From: Eledone cirrhosa | Taxonomy: Eukaryota | Direction of reading: 5' to 3' | DNA length: 64,000 nt | Assembly (NCBI GenBank): GCA_964016885.1 | Contig: OZ024740.1 | Location: 39,804,001 to 39,868,000 of the forward strand | Shown here: positions 36,001 through 54,000 of the stretch, in pieces | How the letters are laid out: every line of letters begins with the position of its first letter | How positions within the stretch are numbered: the first letter of the stretch is position 1 | The notes under the pieces: generated by a model | Told to the model about the DNA's origin: nothing | What the model saw: only the letters and a program-made list of their open reading frames with translations | The model's database searches: none | Translations under genes and position numbers: made by a program

Positions 36001-39000
36001 TGAGTTAACGTACAACTGTGAACACCACACTCAATATTGAGTGAACATACAACTGTGTACACCACACTCAATATTGAGTTAACATACAACTGTGTACACC
36101 ACACTCAATATTAAGTTAACATACAACTGTGTACACCACACTCAATATTGAGTGAACATACAACTGTGTACACCACACGCAATATTGAGTTAACATACAA
36201 CTGTGTACAGCACACTCAATATTGAGTTAACATACAACTGTGTACAGCACACTCAATATTGAGTTAACATACAACTGTGTACAACATACTCAATATTGAG
36301 TTAACATACAACTGTGTACACCACACTCAATATTAAGTTAACACACAACTGTGTACACCACACTCAATATTGAGTTAACATACAACTGTGTACACCACAC
36401 TCAATATTGAGTTAACATAAAACTGTGTACACCACACTCAATATTGAGTTAACACACAACTGTGTACACCACACTGAATATTGAGTTAACATACAACTGT
36501 GTACCCCACACTCAATATTGAGTTAACATACAACTGTGTACACCACACTCAATATTGAGTTAACACACAACTGTGTACAGCACACTGAATATTGAGTTAA
36601 CATACAACTGTGTACACCACACTACATATTGAGTTAACATACAACTGTGTACACCACACTCAATATTAAGTTAACATACAACTGTGTACACCACACTCAA
36701 TATTGAGTTAACATACAACTGTGTACACCACACGCAATATTGAGTTAACATACAACTGTGTACACCACACTCAATATTGAGTTAACATACAACTGTGTAC
36801 ACCACACTACATATTGAGTTAACATACAACTGTGTACACCACTCTCAATATTGAGTTAACGTACAACTGTGTACACCACACTCAATATTGAGTTAACATA
36901 CAACTGTGTACACCACACTCAATATTGAGTTAACATAAAACTGTGTACACCACACTCAATATTGTGTTAACATACAACTGTGTACACCACACTCAATATT
37001 GAGTTAACATACAACTGTGTACACCACACTCAATATTGAGTTAACATACAACTGTTTACACCACACTCAATATTGTGTTAACATACAACTGTGTACACCA
37101 CACTCAATATTGAGTTAACATACAACTGTGTACAACATACTCAATATTGAGTTAACATACAACTGTGTACACCACACTCAATATTGAGTTAACATACAAC
37201 TGTGTACACCACACTCCATATTGAGTTAAGATACAACTGTGTACACCACACTCAATATTGAGTTAACATACAACTGTGTACACCACACTCAATATTGTGT
37301 TAACATACAACTGTGTACACCACACTCAATATTGAGTTAACATACAACTGTTTATACCACACTCAATATTGTGTTAACATACAACTGTGTACACCACACT
37401 CAATATTGAGTTAACATACAACTGTTTACACCACACTCAATATTGTGTTAACATACAACTGTGTACACCACACTCAATATTGAGTTAACATACAACTGTG
37501 TACAACATACTCAATATTGAGTTAACATACAACTGTGTACACCACACTCAATATTGAGTTAACATACAACTGTGTACACCACACTCCATATTGAGTTAAG
37601 ATACAACTGTGTACACCACACTCAATATTGAGTTAACATACAACTGTGTACACCACACTCAATATTGAGTTAACATACAACTGTGTACAACATACTCAAT
37701 ATTGAGTTAACATACAACTGTGTACACCACACTCAATATTGAGTTAACATACAACTGTGTACACCACACTCAATATTGAGTTAACATACAACTGTGTACA
37801 ACATACTCAATATTGAGTTAACATACAACTGTGTACACCACACTCAATATTGAGTTAACATACAACTGTGTACACCACACTCAATATTGAGTTAACATAC
37901 AACTGTGTACAACATACTCAATATTGAGTTAAGATACAACTGTGTACACCACACTCAATATTGAGTTAACATACAACTGTGTACACCACACTCAATATTG
38001 AGTTAACATACAACTGTGTACAACATACTCAATATTGAGTTAACATACAACTGTGTACACCACACTCAATATTGAGTTAACATACAACTGTGTACACCAC
38101 ACTCAATATTGAGTTAACATACAACTTTGTACCCCAAACTCAATATTGAGTTAACACACAACTGTGTACACCACACTGAATATTGAGCTAACATACAACT
38201 GTGTACACCACACTCAATATTGAGTTAACATACAACTGTGTACACCACACTCAATATTAAGTTAACATACAACTGTGTACACCACACTCAATATTGAGTT
38301 AACATACAACTGTGTACACCACACTCAATATTGAGTTAACATACAACTGTGTACACCACACTCAATATTGAGTTAACATACAACTGTGTACACCACACTC
38401 AATATTGAGTTAACATACAACTGTGTACACCACACTCAATATTGAGTTAACATAAAACTGTGTACACCACACTCAATGTTGAGTTAACACACAACTGTGT
38501 ACACCACACTGAATATTGAGTTAAAATACAACTGTGTACCCCACACTCAATATTGAGTTAACGTACAACTGTGTACACCACACTCAATATTGAGTTAACA
38601 TACAACTGTGTACACCACACTGAATATTGAGTTAACATACAACTGTGTACACCACACTGAATATTGAGTTAACATACTACTTAGTACACCACACTCAATA
38701 TTGAGTTAACATACAACTGTGTACACCACACTGAATATTGAGTTAACATACGACTGTGTACAGCACACTCAATATTGAGTTAACATACAACTGTGTACAG
38801 CACACTCAATATTGAGTTAACATACAACTGTGTACAACATACTCAATATTGAGTTAACATACAACTGTGTACACCACACTCAATATTGAGTTAACATACA
38901 ACTGTGTACACCACACTCAATATTGAGTTAACACACAACTGTGTACACCACACTCAATATTGAGTTAACATACAACTGTGTACACCACACTCAAAATTGA

Positions 39001-42000
39001 GTAAACGTACAACTGTGTACACCACACTCAATATTGAGTGAACATACAACTGTGTACACCACACGCAATATTGAGTTAACATACAACTGTGTACACCACA
39101 CTCAATATTGAGTTAACATAAAACTGTGTACACCACACTCAATATTGAGTTAACACACAACTGTGTACACCACACTGAATATTGAGTTAACATACAACTG
39201 TGTACCCCACACTCAATATTGAGTTAACGTACAACTGTGTACACCACACTCAATATTGAGTTAACACACAACTGTGTACACCACACTGAATATTGAGTTA
39301 ACATACTACTTAGTACACCACACTCAATATTGAGTTAACACACAACTGTGTACACCACACTGAATATTGAGTTAACATACAACTGTATACACCACACTCA
39401 ATATTGAGTTAACATACAACTGTGTACACCACACTCAATATTGAGTTAACATAAAACTGTGTACACCACACTGAATATTGAGTTAACATACAACTGTGTA
39501 CACCACACTCAATATTGAGTGAACATACAACTGTGTACACCACACTCAATATGGAGTTAACATACAACTGTGTACACCACACTCAATATTGAGTTAACAT
39601 ACAACTGTGTACCCCAAACTCAATATTGAGTTAACACACAACTGTGTACACCACACTGAATATTGAGCTAACATACAACTGTGTACACCACACTCAATAT
39701 TGAGTTAACATACAACTGTGTACACCACACTCAATATTAAGTTAACATACAACTGTGTACACCACACTCAATATTGAGTTAACACACAACTGTGTACAGC
39801 ACACTCAATATTGAGTTAACATACAACTGTGTACAACATACTCAATATTGAGTTAACATACAACTGTGTACACCACACTCAATATTGAGTTAACGTACAA
39901 CTGTGAACACCACACTCAATATTGAGTGAACATACAACTGTGTACACCACACTCAATATTGAGTTAACATACAACTGTGTACACCACACTCAATATTAAG
40001 TTAACATACAACTGTGTACACCACACTCAATATTGAGTGAACATACAACTGTGTACACCACACGCAATATTGAGTTAACATACAACTGTGTACAGCACAC
40101 TCAATATTGAGTTAACATACAACTGTGTACAGCACACTCAATATTGAGTTAACATACAACTGTGTACAACATACTCAATATTGAGTTAACATACAACTGT
40201 GTACACCACACTCAATATTAAGTTAACACACAACTGTGTACACCACACTCAATATTGAGTTAACATACAACTGTGTACACCACACTCAATATTGAGTTAA
40301 CATAAAACTGTGTACACCACACTCAATATTGAGTTAACACACAACTGTGTACACCACACTGAATATTGAGTTAACATACAACTGTGTACCCCACACTCAA
40401 TATTGAGTTAACATACAACTGTGTACACCACACTCAATATTGAGTTAACACACAACTGTGTACAGCACACTGAATATTGAGTTAACATACAACTGTGTAC
40501 ACCACACTACATATTGAGTTAACATACAACTGTGTACACCACACTCAATATTAAGTTAACATACAACTGTGTACACCACACTCAATATTGAGTTAACATA
40601 CAACTGTGTACACCACACGCAATATTGAGTTAACATACAACTGTGTACACCACACTCAATATTGAGTTAACATACAACTGTGTACACCACACTACATATT
40701 GAGTTAACATACAACTGTGTACACCACTCTCAATATTGAGTTAACGTACAACTGTGTACACCACACTCAATATTGAGTTAACATACAACTGTGTACAACA
40801 TACTCAATATTGAGTTAACATACAACTGTGTACACCACACTCAATATTGAGTTAACATACAACTGTGTACACCACACTCAATATTGAGTTAACACACAAC
40901 TGTGTACACCACACTCAATATTGAGTTAACATACAACTGTGTACACCACACTCAAAATTGAGTAAACGTACAACTGTGTACACCACACTCAATATTGAGT
41001 GAACATACAACTGTGTACACCACACGCAATATTGAGTTAACATACAACTGTGTACACCACACTCAATATTGAGTTAACATAAAACTGTGTACACCACACT
41101 CAATATTGAGTTAACACACAACTGTGTACACCACACTGAATATTGAGTTAACATACAACTGTGTACCCCACACTCAATATTGAGTTAACGTACAACTGTG
41201 TACACCACACTCAATATTGAGTTAACACACAACTGTGTACACCACACTGAATATTGAGTTAACATACTACTTAGTACACCACACTCAATATTGAGTTAAC
41301 ACACAACTGTGTACACCACACTGAATATTGAGTTAACATACAACTGTATACACCACACTCAATATTGAGTTAACATACAACTGTGTACACCACACTCAAT
41401 ATTGAGTTAACATAAAACTGTGTACACCACACTGAATATTGAGTGAACATACAACTGTGTACACCACACTCAATATGGAGTTAACATACAACTGTGTACA
41501 CCACACTCAATATTGAGTTAACATACAACTGTGTACCCCAAACTCAATATTGAGTTAACACACAACTGTGTACACCACACTGAATATTGAGCTAACATAC
41601 AACTGTGTACACCACACTCAATATTGAGTTAACATACAACTGTGTACACCACACTCAATATTAAGTTAACATACAACTGTGTACACCACACTCAATATTG
41701 AGTTAACACACAACTGTGTACAGCACACTCAATATTGAGTTAACATACAACTGTGTACAACATACTCAATATTGAGTTAACATACAACTGTGTACACCAC
41801 ACTCAATATTGAGTTAACGTACAACTGTGAACACCACACTCAATATTGAGTGAACATACAACTGTGTACACCACACTCAATATTGAGTTAACATACAACT
41901 GTGTACACCACACTCAATATTAAGTTAACATACAACTGTGTACACCACACTCAATATTGAGTGAACATACAACTGTGTACACCACACGCAATATTGAGTT

Positions 42001-45000
42001 AACATACAACTGTGTACAGCACACTCAATATTGAGTTAACATACAACTGTGTACAGCACACTCAATATTGAGTTAACATACAACTGTGTACAACATACTC
42101 AATATTGAGTTAACATACAACTGTGTACACCACACTCAATATTAAGTTAACACACAACTGTGTACACCACACTCAATATTGAGTTAACATACAACTGTGT
42201 ACACCACACTCAATATTGAGTTAACATAAAACTGTGTACACCACACTCAATATTGAGTTAACACACAACTGTGTACACCACACTGAATATTGAGTTAACA
42301 TACAACTGTGTACCCCACACTCAATATTGAGTTAACATACAACTGTGTACACCACACTCAATATTGAGTTAACACACAACTGTGTACAGCACACTGAATA
42401 TTGAGTTAACATACAACTGTGTACACCACACTACATATTGAGTTAACATACAACTGTGTACACCACACTCAATATTAAGTTAACATACAACTGTGTACAC
42501 CACACTCAATATTGAGTTAACATACAACTGTGTACACCACACGCAATATTGAGTTAACATACAACTGTGTACACCACACTCAATATTGAGTTAACATACA
42601 ACTGTGTACACCACACTACATATTGAGTTAACATACAACTGTGTACACCACTCTCAATATTGAGTTAACGTACAACTGTGTACACCACACTCAATATTGA
42701 GTTAACATACAACTGTGTACACCACACTCAATATTGAGTTAACATAAAACTGTGTACACCACACTCAATATTGTGTTAACATACAACTGTGTACACCACA
42801 CTCAATATTGAGTTAACATACAACTGTGTACACCACACTCAATATTGAGTTAACATACAACTGTTTACACCACACTCAATATTGTGTTAACATACAACTG
42901 TGTACACCACACTCAATATTGAGTTAACATACAACTGTTTACAACATACTCAATATTGAGTTAACATACAACTGTGTACACCACACTCAATATTGAGTTA
43001 ACATACAACTGTGTACACCACACTCCATATTGAGTTAAGATACAACTGTGTACACCACACTCAATATTGAGTTAACATACAACTGTGTACACCACACTCA
43101 ATATTGTGTTAACATACAACTGTGTACACCACACTCAATATTGAGTTAACATACAACTGTTTACACCACACTCAATATTGTGTTAACATACAACTGTGTA
43201 CACCACACTCAATATTGAGTTAACATACAACTGTTTACACCACACTCAATATTGTGTTAACATACAACTGTGTACACCACACTCAATATTGAGTTAACAT
43301 ACAACTGTGTACCCCACACTCAATATTAAGTTAACATACAACTGTGTACACCACACTCAATATTGAGTTAACATACAACTGTTTACACCACACTCAATAT
43401 TGTGTTAACATACAACTGTGTACACCACACTCAATATTGAGTTAACATACAACTGTGTACAACATACTCAATATTGAGTTAACATACAACTGTGTACACC
43501 ACACTCAATATTGAGTTAACATACAACTGTGTACACCACACTCCATATTGAGTTAAGATACAACTGTGTACACCACACTCAATATTGAGTTAACATACAA
43601 CTGTGTACACCACACTCAATATTGAGTTAACATACAACTGTGTACAACATACTCAATATTGAGTTAACATACAACTGTGTACACCACACTCAATATTGAG
43701 TTAACATACAACTGTGTACACCACACTCAATATTGAGTTAACATACAACTGTGTACAACATACTCAATATTGAGTTAACATACAACTGTGTACACCACAC
43801 TCAATATTGAGTTAACATACAACTGTGTACACCACACTCAATATTGAGTTAACATACAACTGTGTACAACATACTCAATATTGAGTTAACATACAACTGT
43901 GTACCCACACTCAATATTGAGTTAACATAAAACTGTGTACACCACACTCAATGTTGAGTTAACACACAACTGTGTACACCACACTGAATATTGAGTTAAA
44001 ATACAACTGTGTACCCCACACTCAATATTGAGTTAACGTACAACTGTGTACACCACACTCAATATTTAGTTAACATACAACTGTGTACACCACACTGAAT
44101 ATTGAGTTAACATACAACTGTGTACACCACACTGAATATTGAGTTAACATACTACTTAGTACACCACACTCAATATTGAGTTAACATACAACTGTGTACA
44201 CCACACTGAATATTGAGTTAACATACGACTGTGTACAGCACACTCAATATTGAGTTAACATACAACTGTGTACAGCACACTCAATATTGAGTTAACATAC
44301 AACTGTGTACAACATACTCAATATTGAGTTAACATACAACTGTGTACACCACACTCAATATTGAGTTAACATACAACTGTGTACACCACACTCAATATTG
44401 AGTTAACACACAACTGTGTACACCACACTCAATATTGAGTTAACATACAACTGTGTACACCACACTCAAAATTGAGTAAACGTACAACTGTGTACACCAC
44501 GCTCAATATTGAGTGAACATACAACTGTGTACACCACACGCAATATTGAGTTAACATACAACTGTGTACACCACACTCAATATTGAGTTAACATAAAACT
44601 GTGTACACCACACTCAATATTGAGTTAACACACAACTGTGTACACCACACTGAATATTGAGTTAACATACAACTGTGTACCCCACACTCAATATTGAGTT
44701 AACGTACAACTGTGTACACCACACTCAATATTGAGTTAACACACAACTGTGTACACCACACTGAATATTGAGTTAACATACTACTTAGTACACCACACTC
44801 AATATTGAGTTAACACACAACTGTGTACACCACACTGAATATTGAGTTAACATACAACTGTATACACCACACTCAATATTGAGTTAACATACAACTGTGT
44901 ACACCACATTCAATATTGAGTTAACATAAAACTGTGTACACCACACTGAATATTGAGTTAACATACAACTGTGTACACCACACTCAATATTGAGTGAACA

Positions 45001-48000
45001 TACAACTGTGTACACCACACTCAATATGGAGTTAACATACAACTGTGTACACCACACTCAATATTGAGTTAACATGCAACTGTGTACCCCAAACTCAATA
45101 TTGAGTTAACACACAACTGTGTACACCACACTGAATATTGAGCTAACATACAACTGTGTACACCACACTCAATATTGAGTTAACATACAACTGTGTACAC
45201 CACACTCAATATTAAGTTAACATACAACTGTGTACACCACACTCAATATTGAGTTAAAATACAACTGTGTACACCACACTCAATATTGAGTTAACATACA
45301 ACTGTGTACACCACACTCAATATTGAGTTAACACACAACTGTGTACACCACACTCAATATTGAGTTAACACACAACTGTGTACACCACACTCAATATTGA
45401 GTTAACATACAACTGTGTACACCACACTGAATATTGAGCTAACATACAACTGTGTACACCACACTCAATATTGAGTTAACATACAACTGTGTACACCACA
45501 CTCAATATTAAGTTAACATACAACTGTGTACACCACACTCAATATTGAGTTAAAATACAACTGTGTACACCACACTCAATATTGAGTTAACATACAACTG
45601 TGTACACCACACTCAATATTAAGTTAACATACAACTGTGTACACCACACTCAATATTGAGTTAACATACAACTGTGTACACCACACTCAATATTGAGTTA
45701 ACATACAACTGTGTACACCACACTCAATATTGAGTTAACATACAACTGTGTACACCACACTCAATATTGAGTTAACATACAACTGTGTACACCACACTCA
45801 ATATTGAGTTAACATAAAACTGTGTACACCACACTCAATGTTGAGTTAACACACAACTGTGTACACCACACTGAATATTGAGTTAAAATACAACTGTGTA
45901 CCCCACACTCAATATTGAGTTAACGTACAACTGTGTACACCACACTCAATATTGAGTTAACATACAACTGTGTACACCACACTGAATATTGAGTTAACAT
46001 ACAACTGTGTACACCACACTGAATATTGAGTTAACATACTACTTAGTACACCACACTCAATATTGAGTTAACATACAACTGTGTACACCACACTGAATAT
46101 TGAGTTAACATACGACTGTGTACAGCACACTCAATATTGAGTTAACATACAACTGTGTACAGCACACTCAATATTGAGTTAACATACAACTGTGTACAAC
46201 ATACTCAATATTGAGTTAACATACAACTGTGTACACCACACTCAATATTGAGTTAACATACAACTGTGTACACCACACTCAATATTGAGTTAACACACAA
46301 CTGTGTACACCACACTCAATATTGAGTTAACATACAACTGTGTACACCACACTCAAAATTGAGTAAACGTAGAACTGTGTACACCACACTCAATATTGAG
46401 TGAACATACAACTGTGTACACCACACGCAATATTGAGTTAACATACAACTGTGTACACCACACTCAATATTGAGTTAACATAAAACTGTGTACACCACAC
46501 TCAATATTGAGTTAACACACAACTGTGTACACCACACTGAATATTGAGTTAACATACAACTGTGTACCCCACACTCAATATTGAGTTAACGTACAACTGT
46601 GTACACCACACTCAATATTGAGTTAACACACAACTGTGTACACCACACTGAATATTGAGTTAACATACTACTTAGTACACCACACTCAATATTGAGTTAA
46701 CACACAACTGTGTACACCACACTGAATATTGAGTTAACATACAACTGTATACACCACACTCAATATTGAGTTAACATACAACTGTGTACACCACACTCAA
46801 TATTGAGTTAACATAAAACTGTGTACACCACACTGAATATTGAGTTAACATACAACTGTGTACACCACACTCAATATTGAGTGAACATACAACTGTGTAC
46901 ACCACACTCAATATGGAGTTAACATACAACTGTGTACACCACACTCAATATTGAGTTAACATACAACTGTGTACCCCAAACTCAATATTGAGTTAACACA
47001 CAACTGTGTACACCACACTGAATATTGAGCTAACATACAACTGTGTACACCACACTCAATATTGAGTTAACATACAACTGTGTACACCACACTCAATATT
47101 AAGTTAACATACAACTGTGTACACCACACTCAATATTGAGTTAACACACAACTGTGTACAGCACACTCAATATTGAGTTAACATACAACTGTGTACAACA
47201 TACTCAATATTGAGTTAACATACAACTGTGTACACCACACTCAATATTGAGTTAACGTACAACTGTGAACACCACACTCAATATTGAGTGAACATACAAC
47301 TGTGTACACCACACTCAATATTGAGTTAACATACAACTGTGTACACCACACTCAATATTAAGTTAACATACAACTGTGTACACCACACTCAATATTGAGT
47401 GAACATACAACTGTGTACACCACACGCAATATTGAGTTAACATACAACTGTGTACAGCACACTCAATATTGAGTTAACATACAACTGTGTACAGCACACT
47501 CAATATTGAGTTAACATACAACTGTGTACAACATACTCAATATTGAGTTAACATACAACTGTGTACACCACACTCAATATTAAGTTAACACACAACTGTG
47601 TACACCACACTCAATATTGAGTTAACATACAACTGTGTACACCACACTCAATATTGAGTTAACATAAAACTGTGTACACCACACTCAATATTGAGTTAAC
47701 ACACAACTGTGTACACCACACTGAATATTGAGTTAACATACAACTGTGTACCCCACACTCAATATTGAGTTAACATACAACTGTGTACACCACACTCAAT
47801 ATTGAGTTAACACACAACTGTGTACAGCACACTGAATATTGAGTTAACATACAACTGTGTACACCACACTACATATTGAGTTAACATACAACTGTGTACA
47901 CCACACTCAATATTAAGTTAACATACAACTGTGTACACCACACTCAATATTGAGTTAACATACAACTGTGTACACCACACGCAATATTGAGTTAACATAC

Positions 48001-51000
48001 AACTGTGTACACCACACTCAATATTGAGTTAACATACAACTGTGTACACCACACTACATATTGAGTTAACATACAACTGTGTACACCACTCTCAATATTG
48101 AGTTAACGTACAACTGTGTACACCACACTCAATATTGAGTTAACATACAACTGTGTACACCACACTCAATATTGAGTTAACATAAAACTGTGTACACCAC
48201 ACTCAATATTGTGTTAACATACAACTGTGTACACCACACTCAATATTGAGTTAACATACAACTGTGTACACCACACTCAATATTGAGTTAACATACAACT
48301 GTTTACACCACACTCAATATTGTGTTAACATACAACTGTGTACACCACACTCAATATTGAGTTAACATACAACTGTGTACAACATACTCAATATTGAGTT
48401 AACATACAACTGTGTACACCACACTCAATATTGAGTTAACATACAACTGTGTACACCACACTCCATATTGAGTTAAGATACAACTGTGTACACCACACTC
48501 AATATTGAGTTAACATACAACTGTGTACACCACACTCAATATTGTGTTAACATACAACTGTGTACACCACACTCAATATTGAGTTAACATACAACTGTTT
48601 ACACCACACTCAATATTGTGTTAACATACAACTGTGTACACCACACTCAATATTGAGTTAACATACAACTGTTTACACCACACTCAATATTGTGTTAACA
48701 TACAACTGTGTACACCACACTCAATATTGAGTTAACATACAACTGTGTACCCCACACTCAATATTAAGTTAACATACAACTGTGTACACCACACTCAATA
48801 TTGAGTTAACATACAACTGTTTACACCACACTCAATATTGTGTTAACATACAACTGTGTACACCACACTCAATATTGAGTTAACATACAACTGTGTACAA
48901 CATACTCAATATTGAGTTAACATACAACTGTGTACACCACACTCAATATTGAGTTAACATACAACTGTGTACACCACACTCCATATTGAGTTAAGATACA
49001 ACTGTGTACACCACACTCAATATTGAGTTAACATACAACTGTGTACACCACACTCAATATTGAGTTAACATACAACTGTGTACAACATACTCAATATTGA
49101 GTTAACATACAACTGTGTACACCACACTCAATATTGAGTTAACATACAACTGTGTACACCACACTCAATATTGAGTTAACATACAACTGTGTACAACATA
49201 CTCAATATTGAGTTAACATACAACTGTGTACACCACACTCAATATTGAGTTAACATACAACTGTGTACACCACACTCAATATTGAGTTAACATACAACTG
49301 TGTACAACATACTCAATATTGAGTTAACATACAACTGTGTACACCACACTCAATATTGAGTTAACATAAAACTGTGTACACCACACTCAATGTTGAGTTA
49401 ACACACAACTGTGTACACCACACTGAATATTGAGTTAAAATACAACTGTGTACCCCACACTCAATATTGAGTTAACATACAACTGTGTACACCACACTCA
49501 ATATTTAGTTAACATACAACTGTGTACACCACACTGAATATTGAGTTAACATACAACTGTGTACACCACACTGAATATTGAGTTAACATACTACTTAGTA
49601 CACCACACTCAATATTGAGTTAACATACAACTGTGTACACCACACTGAATATTGAGTTAACATACGACTGTGTACAGCACACTCAATATTGAGTTAACAT
49701 ACAACTGTGTACAGCACACTCAATATTGAGTTAACATACAACTGTGTACAACATACTCAATATTGAGTTAACATACAACTGTGTACACCACACTCAATAT
49801 TGAGTTAACATACAACTGTGTACACCACACTCAATATTGAGTTAACACACAACTGTGTACACCACACTCAATATTGAGTTAACATACAACTGTGTACACC
49901 ACACTCAAAATTGAGTAAACGTACAACTGTGTACACCACACTCAATATTGAGTGAACATACAACTGTGTACACCACACGCAATATTGAGTTAACATACAA
50001 CTGTGTACACCACACTCAATATTGAGTTAACATAAAACTGTGTACACCACACTCAATATTGAGTTAACACACAACTGTGTACACCACACTGAATATTGAG
50101 TTAACATACAACTGTGTACCCCACACTCAATATTGAGTTAACGTACAACTGTGTACACCACACTCAATATTGAGTTAACACACAACTGTGTACACCACAC
50201 TGAATATTGAGTTAACATACTATTTAGTACACCACACTCAATATTGAGTTAACACACAACTGTGTACACCACACTGAATATTGAGTTAACATACAACTGT
50301 ATACACCACACTCAATATTGAGTTAACATACAACTGTGTACACCACACTCAATATTGAGTTAACATAAAACTGTGTACACCACACTGAATATTGAGTTAA
50401 CATACAACTGTGTACACCACACTCAATATTGAGTGAACATACAACTGTGTACACCACACTCAATATGGAGTTAACATACAACTGTGTACACCACACTCAA
50501 TATTGAGTTAACATACAACTGTGTACCCCAAACTCAATATTGAGTTAACACACAACTGTGTACACCACACTGAATATTGAGCTAACATACAACTGTGTAC
50601 ACCACACTCAATATTGAGTTAACATACAACTGTGTACACCACACTCAATATTAAGTTAACATACAACTGTGTACACCACACTCAATATTGAGTTAAAATA
50701 CAACTGTGTACACCACACTCAATATTGAGTTAACATACAACTGTGTACACCACACTCAATATTGAGTTAACACACAACTGTGTACACCACACTCAATATT
50801 GAGTTAACACACAACTGTGTACACCACACTCAATATTGAGTTAACATACAACTGTGTACACCACACTGAATATTGAGTTAACATACAACTGTGTACACCA
50901 CACTCAATATTGAGTTAACATACAACTGTGTACACCACACTCAATATTGAGTTAACATACAACTGTGTACACCACACTCAATATTGAGTTAACATACAAC

Positions 51001-54000
51001 TGTGTACACCACACTCAATATTGAGTTAACACACAACTGTGTACACCACACTCAATATTGAGTTAACATACAACTGTGTACACCACACTGAATATTGAGT
51101 TAACATACAACTGTGTACACCACACTCAATATTGAGTTAACATACAACTGTGTACACCACACTCAATATTGAGTTAACATAAAACTGTGTACACCACACT
51201 GAATATTGAGTTAACATACAACTGTGTACACCACACTCAATATTGAGTTAACATACAACTATGTACACCACACTCAATATTGAGTTAACATACAACTGTG
51301 TACACCACACTCAATATTGAGTTAACATACAACTGTGTACACCACACTCAATATTGCGTTAACACACAACTGTGTACACCACACTCAATATTGAGTTAAC
51401 ATACAACTGTGTACACCACTCTCAATATTGAGTAAACGTACAACTGTGTACACCACACTCAATATTGAGTTAACATACAACTGTGTACCCCACACTCAAT
51501 ATTGAGTTAACATACAACTGTGTACCTCAAACTCAATATTGAGTTAACACACAACTGTGTACACCACACTGAATATTGAGCTAACATACAACTGTGTACA
51601 CCACACTCAATATTGAGTTAACATACAACTGTGTACACCACACTGAATATTGAGTTAACATACAACTGTGTACCCCACACTCAATATTGAGTTAACGTAC
51701 AACTGTGTACACCACACTCAATATTGAGTTAACACACAACTGTGTACACCACACTGAATATTGAGTTAACATACTACTTAGTACACCACACTCAATATTG
51801 AGTTAACATACAACTGTGTACACCACACTGAATATTGAGTTAACATACAACTGTGTACAGCACACTCAATATTGAGTTAACATACAACTGTGTACACCAC
51901 AGTACATATTGAGTTAACATACAACTGTGTACCACACACTGAATATTGAGTTAACATACAACTGTATACACCACACTCAATATTGAGTTAACATACAACT
52001 GTGTACACCACACTCAATATTGAGTGAACATACAACTGTGTACACCACACTCAATATGGAGTTAACATACAACTGTGTACACCACACTCAATATTGAGTT
52101 AACATACAACTGTGTACACCACACTCAATATTGAGTTAACATACAACTGTGTACACCACACTCAATATTGAGTTAACATACAACTGTGTACACCATACTC
52201 AATATTGAGTTAACATACAACTGTGTACACCACACTCAATGTTGAGTTAACATACAACTGTGTACACCACACTCAATATTGAGTTAACATACAACTGTGT
52301 ACACCACACTCAATATTGAGTGAACATACAACTGTGTACACCACACTCAATATTGAGTTAACATACAACTGTGTACACCACACTCAATATTGAGTTAACA
52401 TACAACTGTGTACACCACACTCAATATTGAGTGAACATACAACTGTGTACACCACACTCAATATTGAGTTAACATACAACTGTGTACACCACACTCAATA
52501 TTGAGTTAACATACAACTGTGTACACCACACTCAATATTGAGTGAACATACAACTGTGTACACCACACTCAATATTGAGTTAACATACAACTGTGTACAC
52601 CACACTCAATATTGAGTGAACATACAACTGTGTACACCACACTCAATATTGAGTTAACATACAACTGTGTACACCACACTGAATATTGAGTTAACATACA
52701 ACTGTGTACACCACACTCAATATTGAGTTAACATACAACTGTGTACACCACACTCAATATTGAGTTAACATACAACTGTGTACACCACACTCAATATTGA
52801 GTGAACATACAACTGTGTACACCACACTCAATATGGAGTTAACATACAACTGGGTACACCACACTCAATATTGAGTTAACATAAAACTGTGCACACCACA
52901 CTCAATATTAAGTTAACATACAACTGTGTACCCCACACTCAATATTGAGTTAACATACAACTGTGTACACTACACTCAATATTGAGTTAACATACAACTG
53001 TGTACACCACACTCAATATTGAGTTAACATACAACTGTGTACACCACACTCAATATTGAGTTAACATAAAACTGTGCACACCACACTCAATATTAAGTTA
53101 ACATACAACTGTGTACACCACACTCAATATTGAGTTAACATAAAACTGTGCACACCACACTCAATATTAAGTTAACATACAACTGTGTACACCACACTCA
53201 ATATTGAGTTAACATAAAACTGTGCACACCACACTCAATATTGAGTTAACATACAACTGTGTACACCACACTCAATATTGAGTTAACATAAAACTGTGCA
53301 CACCACACTCAATATTAAGTTAACATACAACTGTGTACACCACACTCAATATTGAGTTAACATACAACTGTGTACACCACACTCAATATTGAGTTAACAT
53401 AAAACTGTGCACACCACACTCAATATTAAGTTAACATACAACTGTGTACACCACACTCAATATTGAGTTAACATAAAACTGTGCACACCACACTCAATAT
53501 TAAGTTAACATACAACTGTGTACACCACACTCAATATTAAGTTAACATACAACTGTGTACACTACACTCAATATTGAGTTAACATACAACTGTGTACCCC
53601 ACACTCAATATTGAGTTAACATACAACTGTGTACACCACACTCAATATTGAGTTAACATACAACTGTGTACACCATACACAATATTGAGTTAACATACAA
53701 CTGTGTACACCACACTCAATATTGAGTTAACACACAACTGTGTACACCACACTCAATATTGAGTTAACACACAACTGTGTACACCACACTCAATATTGAG
53801 TTAACATACAACTGTGTACACCACACTCAATATTGAGTTAACACACAACTGTGTACACCACACTCAATATTGAGTTAACATACAACTGTGTACACCACAC
53901 TCAATATTAAGTTAACATACAACTGTGTACACTACACTGAATATTGAGTTAACATACAACTGTGTACACCACACTCAATATTGAGTTAACATACAACTGT

